Assembly: GCA_000934665.2 (NCBI GenBank)
Contig: JYFJ02005096.1
Location: 1 to 62,350 of the forward strand
Length of the DNA: 62,350 nucleotides
DNA from: Catajapyx aquilonaris
Lineage: Eukaryota
Reading direction: 5' to 3'
The position numbers were made by a program, and so were the translations under genes. The notes beneath the pieces were generated by a model. It did no database searches and was not told the DNA's origin. It saw only the letters and a list, made by a program, of their open reading frames with translations. Shown here one piece after another: positions 12,801-24,200 of this stretch (positions are counted from its first letter, which is position 1; every line of letters begins with the position of its first letter).

Positions 12801-15800
12801 TTTTACGACAATGACGGGGCGCGTTCTATAACACCATTTTTGCATTCATTTCACTTCGCGTGACGTCAACATTTTCTAGGGAAACAGTGACGTCACCATT
12901 TCCCTACATAAAAACCCAGATTACTCCGGAACGGGAACTGATTTCTTAAAGCGGAATATGCCAAAAAAATCCAAAAAATATGGGCGAATTTATTATGTAG
13001 TTTCCAAAATGAAGGCTACTTCCCCATTGGACAGTGTTATGTGGACTTGACTTAGTGGACTAGTGGTTAGCGCGCTCGCCTCTGGTCCCAAGGTTGTGGG
13101 TTCGAACCCGGCCGAGGTCGGTGACTTTTCTCCGGGTGGTAGAAAAGTGAGAGTGCGCCTTCCTTCGGAGGGGAAGTAAAGCCATCGGTCCCATGTGCTT
13201 GTGACATTGCGCGAGTGCACATTGAAGATCCCCAGAGTGGCCAAATTTCCAGGAGGTGGACCACCCCCTGGCGTCGGTGTTGAGCCTTAGAGGCAGAAAT
13301 AGGCCAACGTTAAGCCCCACTGAACTGAACCCAGTGTTATGAAATAATGGGTCGACTCACAAAAATGTGAAAATTGAGCCAAGCCCAGGAACATATTCCT
13401 AAAGCAGAGGTTCTTAATCTTTACGGGCCTCCGCACCCATTTGTAGACAATATATTGGTCCTTGTCGCACCACCTATACCAGGGGTGATTGATTAAGTTC
13501 ATAGTTAGACCAGTTATTAGCTGCCACCTCGCACCCCCCAGGGAAGCCACCTAGCAACCCCTGGAGGTGCGGGCACCCCAGGTTATAAACCGCTGACCCA
13601 AAGGATCCTACTTCATTCTGTTAAAATCATGGGTGAAATCTGCATACTTCTGCCAAAAATGATCGAAAAGAACACTGAATTAATTTCACAGGTATGATCT
13701 TCAAAGCCCTTTTTCTCAAAACTGTTCTCATGTGGGTTGACGCATTATTTTAAATTGAAAAAGAGTGAAAAATATGACGACAACAACACAATCTGAACAT
13801 AAGCACAACACTTCAACACTTTGGAGTCCAAACGCACGTCATAAAATAATACTGTTTTTTTGTTTTTTGGGGGAGGCATGGTGGCCGAGATGGTAACGTC
13901 TCGGTTTGCTATGCGAAAGGTCCCGGGTTCAATCCCCACCCGAGAACAAACCTTTCGCTTTCGTCAATGGGTCGTGACCCGCACCTAAGGAGGTGTCTTG
14001 GCAACCTGACCTCCTGGGGGACTACACCTGGCCCACCGCTGGACAATGCACCTGCACATGTGTCCCCTCCCCAAATCCCCAACCCTTACCCTATTTCCTA
14101 GTAATCCTTGCACCAGTGATCGAAGTCAAAACAATTAGAAAACTGTATGGTGGTCTGCCACCCCCCTATAACGACCTAGTAGTTGTATCACGGGGTAAAC
14201 AAAATAAAAAATATATAAACAAAAAAAAAATTTTGTCTTTCGTGGTGCCTTGTGGCGGGTTCTATCGATAAATACAGTACCGTATCGTTGGTCTCGTCGG
14301 AACCCTCCGAAGTCCGTTCAATACCCTACGTCTACTGCAGTTCTTGCCAAAAGCAGGTAAAAGAGGCATCAGAACCAAATGACCCTTCACCTGGAACCTC
14401 CCATTAAATGTGCATTATAAATGTTTGAAATAGTCGGCATTAAAAACTGCAATTTAAGCACTGTATCAGGAAATCTTTGGAAATCATGGAACCTATCTCA
14501 TTTACTTCCATTATAATTTTGTCTTGTTTTACCCCTTCTCATTTTACACGGCGTTTTGCGGGAACCAGTTATATGCGTAAAACGGGTACTACCTGTATCC
14601 TTATGGGGAGCCTTATTGGGAGCCCGTTCGTAAGTACAGATAGCAGTAAATCATACTGGATTAAGTCAGTAGGCCATTATCAAAACCAGGCAACCTATTT
14701 CAGAACACCAGGAAACGCGAATGTCTGATTTTGCGCTTTTCATTTATGACCATGGAAAAATTCATTACCATTTCGTTGCATGCTTTGCCATGTCTCCTAT
14801 CACATATTCAGAGCATGGAAATCATGATCCATAAACAAAATCACAATGATCAATATTGAAAATTATGATAGCCTGCTGGTTGTGAAACAGCCAAGAAAGA
14901 TTTCCTCTACGGGAAGTACCCATTTTATGCCGCTCCATTTTACGCCGCTTCACATTAACCCCGGTTTTAAAATTACATTTTAAAATTTTGTATCGGAATT
15001 TTTTGAAATATTAGATGATAACACAATCTACACATGAACGCATCACTTCAACACTTCCGAGACCAAACACACAGATGTATACCTGCTCTTCTTTTGTTTT
15101 TCCTGGTGCATTGTGGCAGGTTCTATCGATATGTACTGTACAGTACTGTATTGTTCGCTATTGTTGATCTCGGCACTCCCTGAAGTACCGTACTCCAACC
15201 GTTGTTACAATACCCTACGTGTACTGCAATTATTATTCTTGCCAACCTGCCCGTTGTTCTACAGTTTTCATTGTTGAATATGCAATGTTGATTATTTTGG
15301 AAAGTGAGTGAGACAGGCAGATCAATCTGTGGGCAGATCCTTCTTTTTGGTTTGTTGACAGCGAAGGTTGCTAGGCAATTGCAAAAGCTGCTGACAACTG
15401 CCCTTAGACTCAAAAAAGTGTGGTTTTGGGACTTTTCCCGGGGTCACCGATAGGTAAGACATGGGTGTGAGAAATTTCAGGGCTCTCCGTACCTGGGAAG
15501 TGGCTTACTTAGGCGGGATAAATATATACAGGGTCGTCCAACTTTTTTGTCCGAACAGCTATTGACAAATTCGGCCTAAGCTGCTTATGTTGTAGTGCGT
15601 TACCTGGCAACCCCGGCCGGCGGGCCAATTCAAACATCAGCACATGGAGACGAGTGCTAAGTGTTCTTTCCATTGTCATTGGCTTGTTCTTAGTAACATC
15701 ATTATTTTCCCTGCTTATCCCTTGCTACTGATGTGTAAGCAGGCAGAGACCCGTCGCTGGGTCGTCCGCGTCACTCACTCGATTTGTAAACAGTGGCAAC

Positions 15801-16775
15801 AATGGAAGCGCTCTCCATGGGCTAATGTTTGAATTGGCCCGCCGGACAGGGTTGCCAGGTAACGCACTACAACATAAGCAGCTTAGGCCGAATTTGTCAA
15901 TAGCTGTTCGGACAAAAAAGTTGGACCACCCTGTATATATACAGTGTACAAATTTTCAGCTTTATATTAAAAGGGACGTATATGCTCAAATACACAAAAT
16001 ATTAAACTGAGTTCATTAAAAAGTGCCTTCTTTAAAAGAAACCAGGCTAATGTATGGAAAATGTGAGAATGATCTGACATCATCAAGTTTTCCATGGAAA
16101 TACCCTCACAGAACAACATGAGTAAACATTGTCAACAAAAAGCAACAATGGAAGAAATGATGATGTCAGATCATTCTCTCGTTTTCCGTACATTAGCGGT
16201 AACAACCTTAAAATGATGAAGTTTCAATCTGTTAACAGATGTTTCTTTAGCCTTTATAAGGCCAGAATCTTTAACAAAGAGAGATTGAAAATCATTTGCC
16301 AAACCTCTTGGTGGATGAGTGGCAAGAGAGAACGAGCTTCCTTCCGAACTTGAGCCTCCAGCTGCCCAACATACTTGGTCATGTCGGTGCTTTCCCATAC
16401 TTCCTCCACTGCCTCTTCCACTGCCTTCTGCCAATCTGATGGTGTCAGCAACTGACTCCTAAATTTGAAAAAGTCAGTCAGTAGCTGTAACAAATAACAA
16501 ATTGCTTTATCTCCTCCAGTAGACTTACCCATTGTCATGGCGTGTATGAATGTGCATAGTGACGGTGTCTCCAAAAGTGTTACGGAGGGAATCCCAAAGC
16601 CACTTGGCCAGGGGACGGCCAGGACGTCCCTCCTTCTTGGGGTCAGTCTGCTTGACAATGAATGGGGGTGGGGAAGATGTCGAGACCCCTTTGAGTACAT
16701 CCAAAATGGCCTCAGACATTTTAGCAGCATTGTAAGGCTCATCAACAGTCTGAAGTGTTGGTGTGACTTCCTCAT
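570..16775 (-). CDS. TBC1D32: Protein broad-minded (BROMI/TBC1D32) homologue, multi-exon, 3' end outside window
   Basis: Phase-consistent GT-AG exons (minus): 16775-16529, 16458-16305, 11315-10896, 9101-8923, 6180-5841, 5567-4461, 3862-3075, 2530-2274, 1917-1628, 1243-570. Peptides match recalled vertebrate BROMI in the same order: LAKWLWDSLRNTFG~FVKYLRQHIGNTLG; VRAEALQELL..WPKLRQALQVALLD~VRYEALQTL..WTTLCEKLTVSLSD; HPIHLLALVDPKATWLKYWLHG~[28 protein letters not shown]~GRKLFP; FTVDASSMMRNRLLVQMYFAGGPSERWVP~[29 protein letters not shown]. Start uncertain (ATG 16719 or an upstream exon). Confidence 0.85.
4860..5270 (-). repeat. Coding 18-bp-unit minisatellite (SIQSHH/SVHSQH hexapeptide) within a TBC1D32 exon
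   Basis: Tandem GGGACTGAATGGAATGGT units on + plus 54-bp higher-order units; open in several frames. Confidence 0.9.
6335..6424 (+). repeat. (AAT)n microsatellite, about 30 units
   Basis: Direct reading; it explains the poly-I/poly-L ORFs. Confidence 0.98.
6425..6780 (+). mobile_element. tRNA-derived SINE family B with (AAT)n tail
   Basis: A box TGGCCGTGATGG, B box GGTTCGATCC; colinear with the copy at 13869-14200; ends ...ATCACGGGGTAAC then (AAT)n. Confidence 0.85.
6900..7180 (-). mobile_element. tRNA-derived SINE family A
   Basis: A box TGGCACTGCGG and B box GGTTCGATCC on the minus strand; three copies in the window. Confidence 0.8.
7716..8095. mobile_element. Tc1/mariner-type MITE
   Basis: TA-flanked CAGGGTGTTT...AAACACCGTG with imperfect inverted arms of about 130 bp. 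Confidence 0.7.
8293..8792. mobile_element. piggyBac-type MITE
   Basis: TTAA at both ends, CCCTC...GAGGG termini, subterminal inverted GGTGACGTGGGCACTTTTTGTGACCAA. Confidence 0.85.
9342..10250. mobile_element. Fold-back remnant made of two inverted mariner transposase 3' ends
   Basis: Degenerate HPPYSPDLAPSDYHL motif on - (HPPQSSDLEGRDYHL) and on + (HPPYSRDIEPSDYHL); C-terminal DKCLDLAGNYVEK; YCDTLQSLRMAI; inverted gaaagtaagttc termini. Confidence 0.85.
11452..12045. mobile_element. pogo/Tigger-like MITE
   Basis: TA|CAGTAAAAC...GTTTTACTG|TA with repeated TAAGTCGAA/TAACTCGAA subterminal motifs. Confidence 0.8.
12137..12181. promoter_or_regulatory. Pair of RFX X-box-like motifs (GTTTCCATGGTAAT; GTTGCCATGGGCAAAC)
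   Basis: Near-consensus GTHNYY-AT-RRNAAC motifs inside a ciliary gene, about 0.8 kb upstream of the 11315 exon. Confidence 0.3.
12499..12804 (-). ncRNA. Candidate ~300-nt structured ncRNA with type-3 (PSE+TATA) promoter, nested in a TBC1D32 intron; possible telomerase RNA
   Basis: Upstream PSE-like and TATA elements at U6-type spacing. No run of 4 or more T until T5 at 12503-12499. The 5' end AAATGCTT pairs with AGGCATTT (12549-12542). GNRA-capped hairpin TGGCA-GTGA-TGCCA (12708-12695). GC/CpG-rich against an AT-rich intron, with no credible ORF. Confidence 0.55.
12824..12895 (-). promoter_or_regulatory. snRNA-type promoter: TATA (TTATAGAA 12831-12824), PSE-like (TCACGCGAAGTGAAATG 12863-12847), two CRE palindromes TGACGTCA (12861-12868, 12888-12895)
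   Basis: The PSE-like 17-mer fits the vertebrate consensus TCACCNTNASTNAAAAG with 3 mismatches. It lies about -61 to -45 and the TATA about -30 relative to purines at 12804-12801. Confidence 0.5.
13045..13320 (+). mobile_element. tRNA-derived SINE family D (Deu/Nin-like core)
   Basis: A box TGGACTAGTGG, B box GGTTCGAACC, followed by ccttcggaggggaagtaaagccatcggtccc, which resembles the Deu/Nin SINE domain. Confidence 0.7.
13405..13596. mobile_element. hAT (Charlie-like) MITE
   Basis: CAGAGGTTCTTAA...TTATAAACCGCTG termini; degenerate 8-bp flanks tcctaaag/acccaaag. Confidence 0.55.
13869..14200 (+). mobile_element. tRNA-derived SINE family B, second copy
   Basis: Colinear with 6425-6750; ends GTATCACGGGGTAAAC plus an A-rich tail. 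Confidence 0.85.
15529..15933. mobile_element. Tc1/mariner-type MITE with long TIRs (copy 1)
   Basis: TA|CAGGGT...ACCCTG|TA with near-perfect arms of about 115 bp; sister copy at 50274-50649. Confidence 0.9.
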
Positions 16776-19071
16776 CTGCAAATGGAGTAAGAAATTCTGC
16801 ATGCAACATTGCTTCCCAACTCAACTTGGAATTTTTTTCAACCCATGTGACATGCAAGGAGTCCCTTTTCCAACATCGTAGGCATACTTGGTTGTAATGT
16901 CAAATCAAATGCAAGTAAAAGAGCGAAGATGCAGATGAGTATGGAGTATCAGTATATGGACTTACAGTATCTTGCGACTAGATATATGGGAAGCAGTGAT
17001 CAGTAGGAATAGCCTTTGGTAGGATTATAGCAATATTTTTTGCTATTGCTTAAGCATAGCTCAAATTTAGAAGTGAGCATTTTGCAGTTCAGGTCTACAT
17101 ATGTATCAAGGACCACTCATAAAACACCTCATAATTTTTCATAGATAATGGCTCAGGCAAACATGATCAACTATGATGGGTTGACCAAGATATTCTCAGA
17201 AATCACAATATTTCTTCTGGCAATGGAAACTAATAGAAAATGTAGGTAAATTTTGTTTAAAAATAATGGCCAGTTATTCCTTAGAATGTATGCGCATAGA
17301 GACTGAAAACCTAAGAAAAGCGTGGGTGATCTGGCCGAGCATCATGACTTTACGAACAGCAAGTTTCCCTTCGGGGCTATTCTATTTCATTTTTTTCTCC
17401 ATTCCATTCGCTGGTTCTATTGTTCAGTCAGATTCTCCCTTGCATCCAACTTCCATGGTGTAACCTGTCTGCACAGGCCATACTTCCTCCCCCACAATCA
17501 ATGGTGTCGCAGAAAAATTTCAGCAGGGTATACGCTTGAGGTGCAAATCCTCTTTTGTAGTGTTTGCACCCTAGGGAGAAATTTGGCAAGGTGTAGAGAA
17601 GGGTTGAATTGCAGCATAAGTAAAGAGGAAAAAAGTACAGGCAGAAAAAAAAAATTGTGGTGCAAGGTCACAGAAGCTTTTTTCGTGAAGTTATTCCGGA
17701 AAGTAACAGTTGAAACTATCAAGTAAACCTGGCAGATGAACGTGAAACTACTTTATGATAGCTCTAGGTATGTCGGAATCTGGTTTTTCTCCAAATTATT
17801 CTTTACCCATTGCAAAGCTGTCTGTAGATTTCAACTTTTCTTGTCACGTTTATGTTATTTTTCTTTCAAATATCTTCGTGGAGAACATGGGAGATGCTAT
17901 GCGGAGCACAGTTCAGGAACTTCTGCGTTGTACTCATGCAATAAGGGATAAAACATGAAAGAATGCAGTAGGCCTACTGACCGTCACTCGTCGCCAAGCC
18001 GTTTTTTTCACTGCACTTTTGCAGACAACAGTGATCTGAACTGATACGTCCAGTGTTCAAACCTCAACTGACCCTTTTTTCCCTTTATTTTAGCAGCAGA
18101 GCTCTATTGAGCCATTAAATACAGTAAGTAGTACCCTAATTTGTCAAGTGTCACAGCTAGGCGAAAAAGTCTCGGCCCCAATCTTTTGACCAGCAGCATT
18201 GACCGCCTGCTTTAGCAGACTCCATAAATTAGCCAACAACTGCCTTCCTCTACGAGGCCTCAGTTTCTCCAAATGGGATGCATCTGGAGGACGGAGGACC
18301 CATCCCAACCACACCAGGAGGACCCATGTCGAGAGGGATACCCCCCACCTCCTTTTCCACTCCTTGCCGAAAATTCTAGTTGCTGGTTGAGTCAAATTTC
18401 TTGCTAATTTTTATTTTAGAGAATAAACGAAATCAGCCTTATTGACAGCCATGCCAGGTGTAAGGTATACACAGCGTATACCTGCGTATAGCCTCACATT
18501 TCGTGTTTTCTCGACTGGGTATACGCCATATACCCGCGTACCTCCGTCGCGACAGCACTGCCCACAATCAAGAATAGAATCGCCTGGCAGGAAGCATGGC
18601 AGTTCACAAACTCATACTCCATGCAGTAGTGCAATGGTTTTGAACTGGTTGTCCACAGACTCCGAGGGATCTATGGACTTGCCCAAAAGGAGCAGCGAAA
18701 ATAACGAGGGCTAATGGATGATATTCTGGTACGTATTCTAATGATCATATGGGAAATACTTATCAGGTCACCTGCTCTCCTATCAGTAAAAAAATATTGA
18801 AAAAACATGAAAATCAGTATAACTTTGGGAAACTGATAATCCTGTCACATACAGTATTATAAAAAATTAATCAGTATTATTTCCCATTATGTGTTGGGTT
18901 TTCTGTTTCCTCTTCCACCGCTCTCTACTTCTTCCTCCCCTCTCTGCTTCCTTGTCCCCAACTACTACCTGACAACTGTTCCCATTCTCCAGGGGACACA
19001 TTAAGCCTTGACATTAAGCAGCACAAAAATTCACCAAGTAATATCACAAGGCAACATAAGAAAACCTTTAC

Positions 19072-19628
19072 CATTTGCCTGGCTGAAACGCACAACAACG
19101 GGAGTCCTCTCTCCATCTGCCCCACTCTCTCGTCTACCACCACCCCTGCCATTGCCACCGTCACCATTGTTTCTATCGTGATGCACATTGTTGTTGTCAT
19201 CAGTCTGAGCCCTGTCGCCGTCGGCGGCAGCAGTTCCAGCACGACTTTGGCGACGTCTCTGTGCAGCCACCCGCCTGTAGAGCCCTCGACGCTGCTGTGC
19301 CGACGACGACGCCGACGCCGAAGTTGTGCCGCCGCCGCCGCTGTCGTTGTTGTTGTTGCTGTCGTTGTTGGCCTTTGGATCGTTGGCCGTAGCTGATGCT
19401 GCTTCAGGCGGCCGGGGAGGAGCCGTGATGGGTAGTCCTTTGGCTCTAGCAGCTGCAGACTAGGCCGGCGCCGGCCCCCTCCTCCTCCTCATCATCTGGG
19501 CTCCGACAGCATCTCTCCGCTCCACCACCACCTGTCCCAACGTGCATCGGTGGTCCTTCCCGCCCCGGTTCGCACACTGGCTCCACTGGGCGGCGCCATC
19601 TTGGCCCTGCGCGGGTTCCGCCGCTCAT
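19072..19628 (-). CDS. Candidate low-complexity 5' exon(s) of the broad-minded gene
   Basis: GC-rich open frame 19452-19072 ends in AATG|gtaaag (phase 1), which fits the phase-1 acceptor at 16775. It could join ATG 19628 through a weak 79-nt intron (19453-19531). A strong donor CAG|gtaagg at 20107 suggests a further upstream exon. Confidence 0.3.
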
Positions 19629-21213
19629 CTGTCACCGTCAGACGCCTTTGCATTGGCTCCCGACGATCCCTCTTCGCATTTCAGCGGACCCTTTGACATG
19701 CACCTCTCCACACTCCTCATCAACCAGTCACAATAGACACACTTCCCACTGAAAAGACAAGGGAATGCACACAAACTCTGACATCTGACAAAACCTGTAA
19801 GCCTACTCAAAACGATCGATCTGACCGAGAGAAAAAAATATACCCACAGTCACTATACTGTAGGGCAGCATGCAGAGCGCGAGAGAGCAGGCCTCCAGAA
19901 ACTGGGACAAAGGAGAGCGAGGCCACGCACGCCGCAGCGGAAGCACAGGCGATGACATATCTACCCGCGGATTTAGCTCCAGGAGAAAAACCTATAGCTG
20001 ACAGCCTGCATGGCGGGCTGGCCCCACTCTGCTTTTCTGTGTGCGACACGTACTGTGCTCCCCCCTGGCCTCCCTCCCGCCTGTCCGCCCCCGCCGCCTT
20101 CCCTTACCTGCCTGCCAACTATGGCATTAGCTGCCCTGCGCGGGCCACTCTTCCTGGTTCCGGTGGCCTTCCGAGTGGACGCGACGGCAACTAGCCACTG
20201 CCACAGGTGCATGAGAAACACTCGCCAGATCGATACGCTACTTTTTATCCCCTTTTTATACCTACCTGCCTACGCGCTTGATAAGCCTGCTCGATATGCT
20301 GGGTGGCAGTGGCTGGCCCCGACCGACTAGCTTTACACACGCATGGGAGAGAGACCACCACCACGACAACAGCCAAGCCATTCTATCGAATTAATGACGT
20401 AACCATACGCACGCTCCCCTGTTTTCTTTCACGAGGGATTCCGTCGTGATGCACTAACCTATACTGTGAATGGCTCGTTTTACCTATACAATCTGCAGGA
20501 ACTTGTGGGCTGTTGATATAGCTCGCTGGGTTACTAGCTACTCCACGAAGCGTGGAATTATTGATAGTGACCTACATGAAGTAAAGATTTCCTCGGGAGC
20601 CTCAAGGCCAGCGATAGAAGAGAGCCCAACAAGAGCTCCGCCTCCTACCACCCTCCCATTCACGGCCAATTAACTGCTGCAAAATACCAAAATGTTCCCT
20701 GCATGAGAGAAGAAGAAGAAAAAAAAGGAGTCCCATGAGTCGAGGTGGCGTTTCCTTCAGGAATTTAGGTCTCCCCTTCCACTCAGGAACTCCCGATGAC
20801 TGTGATTGTTTGCATGTAAGACAGAATGACGTGTGGCACGAAACCCGCTGCCACACCAGCGAAATAAATGGACACTGTAGCCAGGCAGCGGGGGGAGGAA
20901 GTTTGCTATAATGTTTGCTCTGGTCGTATATCGCCAAGGGGTGCAATTAATGTCAACAGGTGAGCTATGTCCATCCAGGACGGTCATTGTGATAGCTATC
21001 CAGGGAATCGATTAGGCGCAAATGAGGAAGTTTGTAGGGGGGGGNGGGGGGGACGTGGCAGTGGCGCTCTGGACGCCCTCCGACGGCCGTGATATGACGC
21101 AGGTGAGCGCAGGCTGCTGCTGACGAGATCGGTCATACCCGGCGGCGCGGCATAGCAACCATATGGTGGACACTCGATTGTCACTCGGCATGCTCATCTT
21201 CGGTTTGTAGGGA

Positions 21214-24200
21214 ATGGCGTCTTCACCGGATTGGGCACGTTTCGGGCTGGATCCCAGCCAGAAACAGGAGCAGAAGAAGCAACAGGAGGAGCAGTATCAC
21301 AGGTGTCATGAGGAGCTCTTTGCTCAGGAGGAGGAATCGGGACCCACGCAGCCCAGTCCCTGGTGGCAGGTCTGTTGCTATATACCATATGGCATGCTTC
21401 CAGTACATTTATATGGTGTGTACTGCACTCGATTCAGGCGGCTGTTCCCTCTAGCACCCCGTGAGGCTGATCGATTATTTACTGCACTCTCGCATCGCGC
21501 TATAATTCTCGTCACAACCTCCTCTCATAATCCGAAGAGGGTTACTTTTCCACACGCGAGTGCATCATATAACTGGGAAAATGTCTTGCTGGTCGCTGAC
21601 CTAATTCTGGAGGACCTGTTGCTGTCAGAAAGGAGTGAAACGTCTCGGCAGGAGTGTCCGAGGAAGCAGCTGACCGCTCGGCATGCACTTTCCCGGCATG
21701 TTATGCAACTCGAGCGTGGCGCGGACCGATGGTCATTCTGGCCCACATTTGCTGGACAATACCTTTCCAGTGTCCTACTTCACTTTCATAATCTCTCAGG
21801 TCGACCTGTCGCCCTTTGCATGGCGTAGGACCCGGATGAGGTTAGGTTTCATTCCTCTTATATCTTCACATCGATCGTTAATGACCTCAGGTGTCCCTCT
21901 ATAGTTTCGCCAAGCCGCCGATAAGGTCCGGTCTGGAACAATAATAACGTCTGGATTCACGCTATCATCAAAGGACAAAAGATTACCTCCTGAGAATATG
22001 TCTTGTACAGTATATGCGGTCTATATACCCCCTTCTATTGCAAAATTAATGGACAGGACTATACAGAGGCTGGCGAGAGGTGTGTAGGTGTAGGGTAAAT
22101 AAAAGACGCCCTTGAGGATGACAGGATGATATACACTGTAGGCTAAATGAGACTTTATGTAACAATTCACTTCACAGTAAATCTGCATTGGATCGAAGAA
22201 AATATTATGCATGTTACCATTCTACGCACCCAATGAGAGTATGTAGGTCTACTTGCATCTATAACTGCTGACTTGCTGTTGCATGCCAAAATAACGTGTT
22301 AACTACGAGCTGTAGTTTTTCACTGGCGTCAAAAATAGAATTAAGTTTTGTCCTACATACTGGTGCTGTAAAACCTCCTAAAGATTTTTGAGATGGATAG
22401 TGTCTAATGCATTAATGTTCACGGTTGGGGGCAGGAAGGCCCACGATATGCACGAAATGGTGCAATGGTTCGCCTATACATGAGTGAAGCATATAGAGAA
22501 GCTCTCGTGTTCCAGATTTAAATGTAGTCCCCGCTCAACATGTTCTGCTTTAGAATATTTTTGCAGTTCCACTGAAGCACATCTCATGGGAAATTACGAC
22601 CCGCTCAGGGATAGAGAAATTACCATGCAGAACCGCTCTAGAGCTCTGGTGTTACTTACGGACGAGTTTTCGGATTAAAAATTATCATCCGACGGGGCAG
22701 GGTCATAAAGCATTGTATAAGCTACATAAGAAATAATATACCTCCAGTTCTAGTAGGCGTGTAACAAGGAGGCATTATGTAAAATTACCATGCAGTGAAA
22801 ACTGAAACTTCGTCGCATAGATTCGTTCGGTTCCAAAAATGTCCTGTTATATGACACAGAAAATAATATTATCAAGCCCCTCCTTCGAGGCAAAACAAAA
22901 GTTTCGCACCGGACAATATTCTTCAGTACCCAGCAGCATATCGATATTTATTACATTGGTGCCCTGATATGAAACACTTGCTTTGTCACAATTGACACCT
23001 GAAAGTACCATAAAATATGCAATTTCAGGAGCAATTTTGATAACTCCCATATACCCCCTCATATAGTGTACGGTATTATGCAATACAACGTGGCACATAA
23101 TATACCTTTCAGATACGTCCATGGTTCTCCCGAGGAGGTGGACTGAGCTGGTGGGACGGTGCAATGGCAACGGCTGCCCTGTCAACGCTGGGGGCTCTGG
23201 TGTGGGTCCGAGGAGGTTGGGCGGTGGGCACCGTTGGCCTGAGCGGTGCCCTGGGGGTCATGGTGCTCTGCCTGGTCCTCGGGGCCGCGGCCGTCTTCTC
23301 AGCTTCCGCCCTGCTGGTGAGGCTGCTGCGAACCGCCGACGCCTCCGACTACTACGGGTCCAGCAGCGCCACAGGGGGTGCCGTGTATTCCCTCCTCTCT
23401 CACTCTCTGGGTCCAACCGCCGCTGCTGCTCCGGCCATGCTCTACTGCCTGGCACACGTCGCTTCGTGTGCCCTGCATTTACGACTCTTTGCCGAAGCCT
23501 CCACCGACGTCGTCCTTGCAAGCTCAACATCTGCTCAGACCAGTAATGCTGCCAGCATGTCCAAATAATTATAACAATCGGCAATGCCTGACCAATAACA
23601 ACTGGTTCTTATTTCAGGAGAATGGGTGGAAAAGGGGGTCGCAATAGTGTCGCTGACTATAGTTGCGCTTGCCAACATGGCTGGTGTCCGTCGTGTTGCT
23701 CAGCTGCAGCTGGCATTGCTGGCCTTGTTGGTGCTAGCCTTGCTGGACCTTCTTATAGGTGCCGGTCGCCACTGGAAAGCGGGGAATTTGAAAAATAACT
23801 GGAGAGCGGACTACTTCATGGAAGAGGAAGATGACTCGTCGTTCTTGGACAGATGGAAGAACGTGTTCCGCGTCCTTTTCCCAGCTTTAGGAGGGGCCGT
23901 GGCGGCGGCCAATCTCGGCGCAGATCTTCGGAGACCACAACGGGACGTTCCTCTAGGAGCCATGGTGGCCTCCGGAGTGGCGGCTGTGGTGGCTTCCACT
24001 CTCTTTCTGGCTCTGGCGGCCTCGTCCACAAGAACTCAACTGTTACACGATCCTTTAGTTGCAGCCCATGTTTCAGCTCTCGGTATGAATCACGCCATTA
24101 CAACATCATCCTATAGCATTATTTATATATTCGTGATATTTTGGTGCAGGGGTGGTGTTCCTTAGCGGCGTGTACTTGTCTTCCCTGTCGAGTGGACTGA

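Noticed and set aside
12499..12804. Short resemblances of the nested RNA to SRP RNA (CCAGGTCGGAA), U4 (GCTTTG..TGGCAGT) and U11 (AAAA..GCTTC)
   Set aside because: Spacing and partner motifs are missing: no SRP AGCAG, no U4 kink-turn or U6-pairing region, no U11 AAAGG. It also lacks the 7SK GAUC motifs and the RNase P/MRP CR-I/CR-V.
13045..13121. tRNA genes at the A/B-box sequences (also 6425, 13869, 49617 and others)
   Set aside because: Acceptor stems are imperfect, there is no terminator, and each continues into a SINE body.
21370..21828. Continuation of the 204-aa ORF past PWWQ
   Set aside because: Intron read-through; SLC12A8 homology resumes at 23113.
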